A stretch of 64,000 bases of DNA from Candidatus Micrarchaeota archaeon (lineage in GTDB: Archaea > Micrarchaeota > Micrarchaeia > Anstonellales > Bilamarchaeaceae), in contig JAQBFN010000020.1 of assembly GCA_032123335.1 (NCBI GenBank), positions 7,540 through 71,539 on the forward strand, written 5' to 3'. The translations under genes were made by a program, and so were the position numbers. Below, piece by piece: positions 47,027-56,443 of this stretch. Positions within the stretch are counted from its first letter, which is position 1. The number at the start of each line of letters is the position of its first letter. Below the pieces are notes generated by a model. The model was not told the origin of the DNA. It saw only the letters and a list, made by a program, of their open reading frames with translations, and made no database searches.

Positions 47027-48241
47027 ATGCTTAACACAGAAGAAATCCGCAAAGATTTTCCTATTCTTGAGCGCAAAATAAACGGCCACCCGCTCGTTTA
47101 CCTGGACAATGGCGCAACCTCCCAGAAGCCCATCCAGGTAATCAATTCAATTGTGGATTACTACGAAAACCACAACGCAAATGTGCACCGCGGAGTGCAC
47201 ACCCTGAGCGCAGAAGCCACAGAAATGTACGAAGAAGCCCGCAAAAAGGTTGCCAAGTTCATAAACGCGGAACCCGAGGAAATAATCTTCACAAAGAATG
47301 CTTCCGAAGCCATCAATATGGTAATGTATACATATGGGGAGCAGAACATTTCTGCGGGGGACACCATTACAACAAGCATAATGGAGCACCACTCAGGTTT
47401 TATTCCCTGGCAGGCCCTCGCCAAGAAAAAGAGCGCAACGCTTTCCATAATGAACGTAACCAGGGAAGGGGAGATCCCCGAATCCGAATACTCCAAGATC
47501 CAGGGCGCAAAGCTCACCTCCATTGTGCACGCTTCCAATGTTCTTGGTACCATAAACCCAGTAAAGGAATTCGCAAAGCTTGCCCACGAAAACGATGGCA
47601 TAATTTTAGTGGATGGTTCCCAATCCGTTCCACACCTCTCCGTAGATGTGAAGGATTTGGATTGCGATTTTTTTGCATTCACGGGCCACAAGATGCTCGG
47701 CCCCACAGGCATAGGAGTGCTTTACGGAAAGAAGGAGCTGCTTGAGAAAATGCCCCCATTCCTATATGGGGGGGAGATGGTTGTTGATGCAAAAGTCGAA
47801 GGGTGCAAATGGAACGAAATCCCGCACAAATTCGAAGCAGGGACCCCCAACATGGCCGGCACAGTAGGCCTCGGTGCAGCAATCGACTACCTAACTAAAC
47901 TCGGAATGGAGAATGTGCGCGCCCACGAAATCGAGCTCCTGGACTACGCAACAAAGGCCCTCCTTGAAATTGAGGGTTTGGAGCTCTACGGCCCCAAGGA
48001 CCCGCACAAAAGAACCGGAATCCTCACTTTCAATATCCCGGGGCTTTCCTCCATAGACCTCTCCTCTTTCATGGACGAGTATGGTTTCGCAATCCGCTCA
48101 GGATTCCACTGCGCCCAGCCCGTGCACGAAGCCCTCGGGATTCTCCCATCCGCCCGCATTTCTTTCTACATCTATAACACAAAGGAGGAAATCGATGCAT
48201 TAATCCCCAGGATAAATGAAGTAAGAAGGGTGATATCATGA
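47027..48241 (+). CDS. sufS: Cysteine desulfurase (SufS type)
   Basis: YLDNGATSQKP, NVHRG, TGHKMLGPTG, FEAGTP, RSGFHCA. Confidence 0.95.
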   Translation: MLNTEEIRKDFPILERKINGHPLVYLDNGATSQKPIQVINSIVDYYENHNANVHRGVHTLSAEATEMYEEARKKVAKFINAEPEEIIFTKNASEAINMVMYTYGEQNISAGDTITTSIMEHHSGFIPWQALAKKKSATLSIMNVTREGEIPESEYSKIQGAKLTSIVHASNVLGTINPVKEFAKLAHENDGIILVDGSQSVPHLSVDVKDLDCDFFAFTGHKMLGPTGIGVLYGKKELLEKMPPFLYGGEMVVDAKVEGCKWNEIPHKFEAGTPNMAGTVGLGAAIDYLTKLGMENVRAHEIELLDYATKALLEIEGLELYGPKDPHKRTGILTFNIPGLSSIDLSSFMDEYGFAIRSGFHCAQPVHEALGILPSARISFYIYNTKEEIDALIPRINEVRRVIS

Positions 48242-48696
48242 GCGAAAACAGGTACCAGAAGTTCGTAGAGCTGTTCAAAAATCCGTTAAACCGAAGGGAA
48301 ATGGAAAACCCTGACGTAACCCATGAAGGGCGGAACACCTGTGGGGACACCCTTATGGTCTTCCTCAAAATAGATGACGGAAGAATAGAAGATATTTCCT
48401 ACCAGGGAGCCTTCTGCGCATTCAGCAATGCTTCTGCCTCCCAGGTAACCGAGTTCATAAAAGGACTGACCCTGGACGAAGTCCTTGCAATAGACAACCC
48501 CAAGCTTTTCGAGCTGATTGGGGATGATTTAAGCGATAACTCCCACAGGCTGAGTTGCATCCTCTTCCCACTGAACACGGTAAAACAAGCCTGCGAAAAA
48601 TACAAGCAAAATGGTCCGGATAAAACTCCCAAAAAACTAAGCAAGGATATTGATTGCCACTGCGATGAGCACAATGCAGAGCTGGGAATCCAGTAG
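48238..48696 (+). CDS. sufU: SufU/IscU-type Fe-S scaffold or sulfur acceptor
   Basis: NTCGD, CAFSNASAS, RLSCILFP; ATGA overlap with sufS. Confidence 0.88.
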   Translation: MSENRYQKFVELFKNPLNRREMENPDVTHEGRNTCGDTLMVFLKIDDGRIEDISYQGAFCAFSNASASQVTEFIKGLTLDEVLAIDNPKLFELIGDDLSDNSHRLSCILFPLNTVKQACEKYKQNGPDKTPKKLSKDIDCHCDEHNAELGIQ

Positions 48697-48734
48697 CGGA
48701 AATACTTATAAATCATGTCTGAGTTTCAGTGAGC

Positions 48735-50117
48735 ATGAAAGTAACTTTTTGCGGTGCAGCCGGGATAGTCACAGGCTCCTGCTATCTAATCGAATCCGGA
48801 AACAAAAAGATCCTGGTGGACTGTGGCATGTTCCAGGGCCCCAAGGATATCACGCGCATGAATTACCTTCCTTTTAAGTTTGACCCAAAAAGCATTTCAT
48901 GCGTGCTCCTTACGCATGCGCATATTGACCATTCCGGGCTCATCCCCAAGCTCTTCAGGAAAGGCTTTAGGGGAAAGGTGCTCTGCACAGCCCCCACCAA
49001 GGATTTGTCCAGGATCATGCTCGAGGATTCAGCATACATAAATGAAAAGGATGTTGAAGATGAAAACCGGAGGAGGAAACGAGAGGGGCTCGCGCTCCGT
49101 GAACCCCTCTTTACCATGGCTGACGCTAAGAAATCCCTTCGTCTCTTTTCTTCGGTAAATTACGGGCGCAGAATAAAAATCGCTGAGGGAATAAGTGCAA
49201 CGTTCAGGGATGCCGGCCACATACTTGGCTCCTCAATCATTGAGCTTTTTGTTGAGGAGAAAGGGAGGAAGACTAAGTTGGTATTTTCTGGAGACCTTGG
49301 GCAGTGGGACGTCCCAATTGTCCGGGACCCAACCATAATACAAGAGGCAGATTACCTCTTTCTTGAATCAACCTATGGAGATAGGAGCAGGGAGAATTTT
49401 GAGGAGAAGGAGAAGGCACTGCATGATGCAATAAAGAAAACTTTCAAGAGAGGAGGCAAACTTATGATTCCTTCTTTTGCTGTTGAGAGGACTCAGGAAC
49501 TTCTTTATTTTATTCACCGGCTCATAAAAAAGGGAAAATTTCCAAAAGAGAGGGTTTTCCTGGACAGCCCCCTAGCAATCAAGGCAACAGAGGTGTTCAG
49601 AAAACATGGTGCATTTTATGATGAAGAAACCAAACGTTCTTTTGCCACTCCATTTACTTTTGCCCGGTTGGAGAATTTAGTTACTGGCAGGGATTCAATG
49701 AAGCTCAACAATTATCCAGGCCCTTGCATCATCATAGCCGGAAGCGGCATGTGCACAGGAGGAAGAATAAGGCATCACTTGAAACATCACCTCTGGGAAC
49801 CTGAAAATACCCTGCTTTTTATCGGGTACCAGGCTGAGGGCACACTTGGAAGGCGTATTCTGGATGGTGCAGAGTATGTCCATATGATGGGAGTAAAAGT
49901 AGCAGTAAAAGCAGAGGTTGAGAGAATAGAGGGTTTTTCCGCCCATGCTGATTCGGAAGAGCTGCTCCGCTGGGCAGATGGTTTTGAGGCAAAGCCCAGG
50001 AAGGTTTTTGTGGTGCATGGGGATATGGATGCTTCAACTGCTTTGGCCAAACGGCTCAACTCCCTGGGCTATAAAACACATATTCCAAAAATCGGGGAAA
50101 CTGTTGAGCTCAAATAG
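48735..50117 (+). CDS. MBL-fold beta-CASP ribonuclease
   Basis: VTGSCY, DCGMFQG, THAHIDHSG, AGHILGS, ESTYGDR, FSAHAD, VVHG. Confidence 0.9.
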   Translation: MKVTFCGAAGIVTGSCYLIESGNKKILVDCGMFQGPKDITRMNYLPFKFDPKSISCVLLTHAHIDHSGLIPKLFRKGFRGKVLCTAPTKDLSRIMLEDSAYINEKDVEDENRRRKREGLALREPLFTMADAKKSLRLFSSVNYGRRIKIAEGISATFRDAGHILGSSIIELFVEEKGRKTKLVFSGDLGQWDVPIVRDPTIIQEADYLFLESTYGDRSRENFEEKEKALHDAIKKTFKRGGKLMIPSFAVERTQELLYFIHRLIKKGKFPKERVFLDSPLAIKATEVFRKHGAFYDEETKRSFATPFTFARLENLVTGRDSMKLNNYPGPCIIIAGSGMCTGGRIRHHLKHHLWEPENTLLFIGYQAEGTLGRRILDGAEYVHMMGVKVAVKAEVERIEGFSAHADSEELLRWADGFEAKPRKVFVVHGDMDASTALAKRLNSLGYKTHIPKIGETVELK

Positions 50118-50229
50118 TGCGGCTTCCCACTCCACACCAATATTGTTTTCTGAATATTTTTTCCTGTTCCGCAATGTTTCTTCACAGCATTCCGTGCTAC
50201 TGTTCAACTGAAAACAAAGAGCTTGGAAT

Positions 50230-50715
50230 CTATCTGGCAACAATTCTATTTCCAATTGATTTGAGGTTTCCAACATTATCTGCCCGTGGCGTTCCTTTTT
50301 TGGGTTTTGGAATCCGAAGATTTCCTTTTTCAGCGGGAGGCCTGCTCTTCCTTGCTTCCAGGGCCTTGAGGGCAATGGGTGCTACATATGGGAGGTCGCT
50401 TTCCGTAATGCTCTTCAACTCGGAATCGATTCCCTTGCCATCCAGCCCCTCAACCGCCTTTATTGCCTCCTTTTGAAGCCCCATCTCTGGGCTGCGCAGC
50501 AGTTTTTTAAGGAGCCTCAGTGCTTTGTTGCTGCCCATGTGTTTCAGGGTGTCGATTGCAAGCGTTTTTTCCCAGTATCCGCCATCTTCCAAAACCTTTG
50601 CAAGCCCGGGAATTGCTTTGTCCTCCATTGCGGCAATCAAATTCACTTCTCCAGATCTAATTAGGTCATACACTTCAATCCGAGCCAGGTATTTAGCCTG
50701 TTCTCCGCCTCCCAT
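50230..50715 (-). CDS. HEAT-repeat protein with basic C-terminal tail
   Basis: AIPGLAKVLED...LAIDTLKHMGSNKALRLLKKLL repeats. Confidence 0.65.
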   Translation of the reverse strand: MGGGEQAKYLARIEVYDLIRSGEVNLIAAMEDKAIPGLAKVLEDGGYWEKTLAIDTLKHMGSNKALRLLKKLLRSPEMGLQKEAIKAVEGLDGKGIDSELKSITESDLPYVAPIALKALEARKSRPPAEKGNLRIPKPKKGTPRADNVGNLKSIGNRIVAR

Positions 50716-50807
50716 GTTACTCTATTATGGAATATTATGTATAAAAATGTGCCATATATCCACTTTCTGTGCAATAATTATATAAACATTAATTCAGTAC
50801 CTGCACC

Positions 50808-51803
50808 ATGAGTTTGATTTCCAGATTCAAGAAAACTGCCTGGAAGAAGTGCAGGATGGTCCTTCCCGAGGGGGAAGACCCCCGTGTCCTTGAAGCCGCC
50901 ATAAAGGCGAAGAAGCTCAAGATTGCCGATCCATTCTTTGTTGGAAACAAAAAGGAAATAGAAAAAACAGCAAAAAGGCTCAAAGTTTCCCTCAAAGGCT
51001 TCGAAATAATCGACACCTCCTCAGGAATCCCCGAAAAATATATTGTTGCCTACCGCAAAGTGCGCAAAGCGCCCCCCGCTCTCGCAAATCGTATCCTCTC
51101 CAACCCACTCTTCCTCGCTTCCCTCATGGTAAAGATGGGTGAAGCAGATGCAATGGTTGCAGGCGCAGTTTCCTCTTCCGCAGATGTAATCACCGCTGCC
51201 ACTGGAATAATCGGACTGCGCAAGGGGGTCTCCGTTCCCTCAAGCTTCTTCATAATGGAAATCCCAAACCCCAAAGTAGGTGAAAACGGCCTCCTCCTTT
51301 TTGCAGATTCTTCTGTAAACATTGAACTAACTCCGGAGCAGATGGCGGATGTTGCAATCACCACTGCCCAAACCGCCAAAGAGCTCATGAATTGGACCCC
51401 CCGCGCTGCAATGCTTTCTTTCTCCACGAAAGGAAGCTCCATTCACCCGCGTGCAGACAAGGTAATCGAAGCCACAAAAATCGCAAACAAAAAAGCCCCC
51501 AAATTATACATCGACGGTGAAATGCAGGGCGATTCCGCCCTTGTTCCCTCCACCGCAAAAAAGAAAATAAAGGGTAAGCTCGGGCCAGTTGCAGGCCGCG
51601 CCAATATCCTCATATTCCCGGACCTTGACTCAGGAAACATCACCTACAAGCTTACTCAGTGTCTCGGTGGCGCAAACGCCTACGGCCCCATTCTCCAGGG
51701 CTTCCAAAAACCTGTTTCCGACCTTTCCAGAGGCGCCAAAACTGAAGACATTCTAGGCTCAATAGCTATCCTGAGTACCTGGGCAAAAAGGGTGAAAAAA
51801 TGA
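50808..51803 (+). CDS. pta: Phosphate acetyltransferase
   Basis: LPEGEDPRV, MLSFSTKGS, DGEMQGD, FPDLDSGNITYK, DLSRG. Confidence 0.94.
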   Translation: MSLISRFKKTAWKKCRMVLPEGEDPRVLEAAIKAKKLKIADPFFVGNKKEIEKTAKRLKVSLKGFEIIDTSSGIPEKYIVAYRKVRKAPPALANRILSNPLFLASLMVKMGEADAMVAGAVSSSADVITAATGIIGLRKGVSVPSSFFIMEIPNPKVGENGLLLFADSSVNIELTPEQMADVAITTAQTAKELMNWTPRAAMLSFSTKGSSIHPRADKVIEATKIANKKAPKLYIDGEMQGDSALVPSTAKKKIKGKLGPVAGRANILIFPDLDSGNITYKLTQCLGGANAYGPILQGFQKPVSDLSRGAKTEDILGSIAILSTWAKRVKK

Positions 51804-52990
51804 AGAAAATACTCGTATTGAATTGCGGAAGCTCATCCATAAAGTACCGCCTTTTCGACAGCAAATTCAACACCCTCCTTTATGGAATAATCGAGCGCAT
51901 TGGCCCCAATGCCCAGCTCGTGCATCACAAGGGAAAGAAACCACTCACGGAAAAAGCAGATGCGAAAAACCACTCCCAGGGAGTCCAGCTTATGGTGAAG
52001 CTCCTCCACGATCCGGAGTGGGGCGCAATAAAGCGCGTAACTGAAATCTCGGTTGTGGGCCACCGCGTAGTCCACGGAGGGCAGTTCGCAAAGACCTCCC
52101 TCGCTTCCGGAGTCGCGCTGAAATACCTGAAGGATTTTGAGATGCTCGCCCCCCTCCACAATCCCAACAACATAACCGGGATAAATGAGATGAAGAAGGC
52201 GATGCCCACTGTTCCACAGGTGATGGTTTTCGATACTGAATTCCACCAGAGTATGCCCCGCAAAGCCTACATGTACGGTTTCCCCTACAGCTATTTTGAC
52301 AAGTATGCTGTGCGCAAATACGGTTTCCACGGAACCTCCCACAAATATGTTGCGCAGGAAGCCGCAAAATTCCTAAAAAAGAAATCCCCCAATTTGATTA
52401 CTTGCCACTTGGGCGCAGGTTCTTCCCTCGCCGCAGTAAAAGCAGGGAAATCCATCGATACCTCTATGGGAATGACCCCGCTTGAAGGCGTAATGATGGG
52501 AACCCGTACAGGGGACACAGACCCTGCAACTCTCCAGTATCTGGTAAATAAGTACAAATTCAAATATGAGGATTTATTCGATACAATGAACCACAAGAGC
52601 GGACTCTTAGGAGTTTCTGGGGTAAGCAAGGATGTCCGGATAATTGAGGGCCGCGCCAAAAAGGGCAACGAGCGCTGCAAGCTTGCCCTGGAAATGTATG
52701 CCTACCGCGTTGCAAAGTACATAGGAGCATACGCGGTTGCGCTCGGGAAACTCGATGCGATTGTATTCACCGCAGGAATCGGCCAGAACTCCTCTTCCAT
52801 GCGAAAGGAAATCTGCTCTTACCTCCAGATATTGGGTGCAAGGCTCGACCCCAAAAAGAACCGAAAACCAATCACTAAAGCCACGGACATCTCCGCCCGC
52901 GGCTCCAAAGTAAAAATCCTGGTAATCCCCACAAATGAGGAATTGATGATTGCAAGGGAAGCTGCAAAGGCAGTAGGTGCATCAAAATGA
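51800..52990 (+). CDS. ackA: Acetate kinase
   Basis: LNCGSSSIKY, GHRVVHGG, APLHN, YGFHGTSH, FTAGIG, PTNEE. Confidence 0.96.
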   Translation: MKKILVLNCGSSSIKYRLFDSKFNTLLYGIIERIGPNAQLVHHKGKKPLTEKADAKNHSQGVQLMVKLLHDPEWGAIKRVTEISVVGHRVVHGGQFAKTSLASGVALKYLKDFEMLAPLHNPNNITGINEMKKAMPTVPQVMVFDTEFHQSMPRKAYMYGFPYSYFDKYAVRKYGFHGTSHKYVAQEAAKFLKKKSPNLITCHLGAGSSLAAVKAGKSIDTSMGMTPLEGVMMGTRTGDTDPATLQYLVNKYKFKYEDLFDTMNHKSGLLGVSGVSKDVRIIEGRAKKGNERCKLALEMYAYRVAKYIGAYAVALGKLDAIVFTAGIGQNSSSMRKEICSYLQILGARLDPKKNRKPITKATDISARGSKVKILVIPTNEELMIAREAAKAVGASK

Positions 52991-53358
52991 AAATACTTGG
53001 CCTAGGAACTGATCTAGTAGACATGAAAAAGCTAAAGAAAAAGCTCTCAGGGAAATACGGAAAGCACTTCATCAATTCCACGTTTACCCAAAATGAAATC
53101 TGCTGCGCCCAGGAAAAAAACATTGCAAAATTCGCAACCGCATTCGCAGCCAAGGAAGCAGTGTATAAAGCCTTCCGCACAGGCTGGATTGAAGGCAAGG
53201 ATGTAGAATTGCTCAGGGACCCGGAAACCGGGGCCCCCTCAATAACCCTCCATGGAGAAATAAAGAAAATAGCAAAAAAAGGGAAGGTGAAGGAAATCCA
53301 GGTTTCCCTCTCTTTTACGGATTCCCATGCACTCGCAGTAGTCCTTCTTATTTCTTGA
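52987..53358 (+). CDS. acpS: Holo-ACP synthase (4'-phosphopantetheinyl transferase)
   Basis: GLGTDLV, FTQNE, FAAKEAVYKA, GAP, VSLSFT; ATGA overlap with ackA. Confidence 0.88.
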   Translation: MKILGLGTDLVDMKKLKKKLSGKYGKHFINSTFTQNEICCAQEKNIAKFATAFAAKEAVYKAFRTGWIEGKDVELLRDPETGAPSITLHGEIKKIAKKGKVKEIQVSLSFTDSHALAVVLLIS

Positions 53359-53602
53359 GCGTTTTGCACTTTTTATACATGTAGTCTACTGCCGCTTTGA
53401 TGGTCTTATTCTGCCGCACATCCCGCTGGGGAACCCGGAACCCGAATTCCATTTCTAGTGCCGCAAGCAGTTCCACAATGTCCATGGATTTAGCGTGCAG
53501 GTCGTCAACAAATGATGTGGTGGGCTTTAATTTGCCCGCACTTACCCCGAACACATCCGCAACGACGCTTTTCACTTTCTTCCCGACTTCTTTTTTATCC
53601 AT
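53348..53602 (-). CDS. acpP: Acyl carrier protein (atypical)
   Basis: SFVDDLHAKSMDIVELLAALEMEFG aligns with the canonical SFxxDLGADSLDxVELxxxLExEF; Ser39 is the predicted attachment site. Confidence 0.82.
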   Translation of the reverse strand: MDKKEVGKKVKSVVADVFGVSAGKLKPTTSFVDDLHAKSMDIVELLAALEMEFGFRVPQRDVRQNKTIKAAVDYMYKKCKTLKK

Positions 53603-53603
53603 G

Positions 53604-54002
53604 CTACTTTACCACCTTGAACACCACGATGTTCGTCCCTGCAATCTTCTTTACCTTTGCCTTTACCTTCATGGGCATTTTTTTATTCTGTTTTTCAATT
53701 GCTTCCACACTGGAGACAGGTACCCCTTCAATCATGGTAAAAAACACCGGGCCTTCTTTCAATTCCACTCCGCCGTATGCATATGGGTGGTATTTTGCAA
53801 ATTTCAAGGGAGGTAGATTCCCGCTTGAATAGAAGAGAAGTTCCCCGTCCCCGCTTATCTCCTTCCAATCCATGTTATGCGTACTGCATTTTACACATGC
53901 CGCCTTAGGGGGAAATGTGAAATGCTTGCACTTTTTGCACACCACTCCATAAATCTTTCCTTTCCCGAGGGATTTGTAGAATTTATCAATCATTCTTTCC
54001 AT
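53604..54002 (-). CDS. DUF35 Zn-ribbon/OB-fold acyl-CoA-binding protein
   Basis: CKKC...FPPKAACVKC...WKEISGDG; PYAYGGVEL. Confidence 0.9.
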   Translation of the reverse strand: MERMIDKFYKSLGKGKIYGVVCKKCKHFTFPPKAACVKCSTHNMDWKEISGDGELLFYSSGNLPPLKFAKYHPYAYGGVELKEGPVFFTMIEGVPVSSVEAIEKQNKKMPMKVKAKVKKIAGTNIVVFKVVK

Positions 54003-54007
54003 AATAA

Positions 54008-55288
54008 TCACCTCTTCAATACAGTTACTGCAGAATGCATTCCGTATCCGTGGTTATGCACAACTGAAACCTCAGGCTCATCCTTAATTTGCCTTCCCTT
54101 GGCTTCACCCCTCATCTGCTTCACTGCCTCATAAATCTCCGCTCCTGCAGATGCTGCGAATGCATGCCCCTTTGCGTGCCTTCCTCCGGAAGTGTTCATC
54201 GGCTTGTCTCCCTTGTAGGTCGTTCTCCCTTCAAGGACAGCTTCCCATGCTTCCCCTTTCTTGAAGTATCCGCAAATCTCTGATTCAATCAGATGGTAAA
54301 TCTGCATGCAGTCATGCACGTCCAGGTAATCTATGTCTTTGGGCTTGATTTTTGCCATTTTCATTGCAGCCCCAAAGGCTTCCGTGTCCAGTGCCCAATC
54401 CGTTGGGTCGCGCCCATACCAGGGGTAGTTGCCCGAGGCCCAGTGGAACCCCTCAATTGATATCGGCTCTTTCCTGAAGTATTTCTTTGCCTCTTTCTTT
54501 GAGCTGATTAGGTAGGCCGATGCACCATCAACTGTGTTGAGTGCACTCTTTACTCTTGAAGGCCATGCAAGGAACGGATTTTTCCTGCCCGTCCAGAATT
54601 CCCATGAGCTCTTGAATCCTGCTTTCTTTGCCTCCTGCTCCAGGGTAGTCTGCACATATGCCTTTGGATTCTTGGAACCGTGCAGCCTCACTGCTTTGTG
54701 GACTGCCCACATCACTTCATCCATTTTCTCCATAGGTATTCCATATTTTTTTGCATAACCCAGGGTTGGCAGCCCACCATATGCTGTTGCAATATCATAT
54801 GCGTGGTGATATGCATATGCCTGGTCAACACCAAAGTCTGTCCAGTACCAAAGCATGCCCGGGTCAAGCGCTTCCTTTTTCAGCGGGTCATCCGTAGCTG
54901 TTGAAGAAAGTATCTCAGCCCCAACTACAAGAACATTCCTGTATTTTCCTGAGGCTATGTCCATAGCCGCAAGCCCCACACCAGTATTGGTTGTAGCGCA
55001 TGCAGTTGCAAAATGCACCCCTGGCTTTCCCTGCAATCCCAGCCAATCTGCCATCTGCGTGTTGTGTGAATACAAATGTGAACTATGGCTGAGCATACTC
55101 CCAATATAGAACGCATCTATCTCCTTGGGGTCAATCCCTGCTTCATCTATTGCTTCAAAAGCAGCCTCGCACGCAAGTTCCTGGAAAGCCAACCCCTTAA
55201 TTTCAGGGGTTTCAAGAACGCTTCCAAACTTTGTGCACCCTACACCAGTAATTACCGGTTTTTCTCTTAAATTTCCAACATGGGCCAT
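54008..55288 (-). CDS. Archaeal/SCP2-type thiolase
   Basis: ITGVGCTKFG, TACAT catalytic Cys, DGASA, VHDC, NTSGG..KGH, VHNHG; GGAGGAG SD. Confidence 0.92.
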   Translation of the reverse strand: MAHVGNLREKPVITGVGCTKFGSVLETPEIKGLAFQELACEAAFEAIDEAGIDPKEIDAFYIGSMLSHSSHLYSHNTQMADWLGLQGKPGVHFATACATTNTGVGLAAMDIASGKYRNVLVVGAEILSSTATDDPLKKEALDPGMLWYWTDFGVDQAYAYHHAYDIATAYGGLPTLGYAKKYGIPMEKMDEVMWAVHKAVRLHGSKNPKAYVQTTLEQEAKKAGFKSSWEFWTGRKNPFLAWPSRVKSALNTVDGASAYLISSKKEAKKYFRKEPISIEGFHWASGNYPWYGRDPTDWALDTEAFGAAMKMAKIKPKDIDYLDVHDCMQIYHLIESEICGYFKKGEAWEAVLEGRTTYKGDKPMNTSGGRHAKGHAFAASAGAEIYEAVKQMRGEAKGRQIKDEPEVSVVHNHGYGMHSAVTVLKR

Positions 55289-55355
55289 CAAATCTCCTCC
55301 TGGTGCAGGAACTCAGATAAGTATTATAAATATATTGCACTCCTGAAGGAAATCC

Positions 55356-56408
55356 CTAGATCCACTTCCTCCTTTTGAAATACACAAACATAACGAGCGC
55401 AACCAGCAGCATAATCCCCAGCGCAAACGGGTACCCGTGCACCCACCCCAGTTCAGGCATGTACTGGAAGTTCATCCCATACAATCCCGTAATGAAGGTA
55501 AGCGGAATAAAGATAGTTGCAATAATCGTGAGCACCTTCATCACCTCATTCATCTTGTTGCTGATGCTCGATAGGTACAGATCCACCATTCCCGAAAGGA
55601 TATCCCGGTAAGTTTCAATCGTATCAATTACCTGGATTGTATGGTCGTACACATCCCGCAGGTACCGCATCGTCCCTTTCTTTATCAGCTTTGATTCATT
55701 CCTGGTGAGTGTATTGATTACTTCCCTGAGCGGCCATATCCCCTTCCTCAGGTAAATCATGTCCCTCTTCATGCGGTGGATGTCCTGGAGCGTTTTGTTT
55801 GATGGGTTCAGTGTAAGCGCTTCTTCCAAGTCTTCTACCCTCTCTCCCGCACCCTCCAGGATTACAAAATAATTATCCACAATCGCATCCAATAATGCAT
55901 AAAGAAGGTAATCCGGGCCCATCTTCCTCATGCTTCCTTTCCCATCCCGTATCCTCTTCCTCACCGAGTCAAAGATGTCCCCTTCATTCTCCTGGAAGGA
56001 GATTACAAAATCCTTTCCCAGTATGAAGCTGATTTGCTCGGACTCAACTTCCCCCTCTTTCTGGCCATTGTAGAACATCCTTGCCACAATAAACAGGTAA
56101 TCCTCAAAATCCTCAACCTTCGGCCTTTGCTCAGTGTTCGCAATATCTTCCAGCACAAGCGGGTGCACCCCAAAATGCTTTCCTATTTTCTCAATCACGT
56201 TTACGTCGTGTACCCCATCCACATTTATCCAGGTGGTGCGCTTGTTTCCCTTGAACTCGTAGCAGCCCTCCACCTTCTTTACCGCCTTTTCTCTTACCCC
56301 CTTTTCATCATAATCAATTACAGAAATTGTTGCCTTCCCCCCCCTTCTTTCCCCAGTATGAACAATAGTTCCCGGAGGAAGCCCTTTCTTTTTAGAGCGC
56401 TTGGCCAT
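55356..56408 (-). CDS. corA: Magnesium/cobalt transporter CorA
   Basis: HPLVLEDI, QRPK, YGMNF, MPEL. Confidence 0.96.
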   Translation of the reverse strand: MAKRSKKKGLPPGTIVHTGERRGGKATISVIDYDEKGVREKAVKKVEGCYEFKGNKRTTWINVDGVHDVNVIEKIGKHFGVHPLVLEDIANTEQRPKVEDFEDYLFIVARMFYNGQKEGEVESEQISFILGKDFVISFQENEGDIFDSVRKRIRDGKGSMRKMGPDYLLYALLDAIVDNYFVILEGAGERVEDLEEALTLNPSNKTLQDIHRMKRDMIYLRKGIWPLREVINTLTRNESKLIKKGTMRYLRDVYDHTIQVIDTIETYRDILSGMVDLYLSSISNKMNEVMKVLTIIATIFIPLTFITGLYGMNFQYMPELGWVHGYPFALGIMLLVALVMFVYFKRRKWI

Positions 56409-56443
56409 GGTATCCCTAAGAAGGCAATATTAATAACCCTTAT

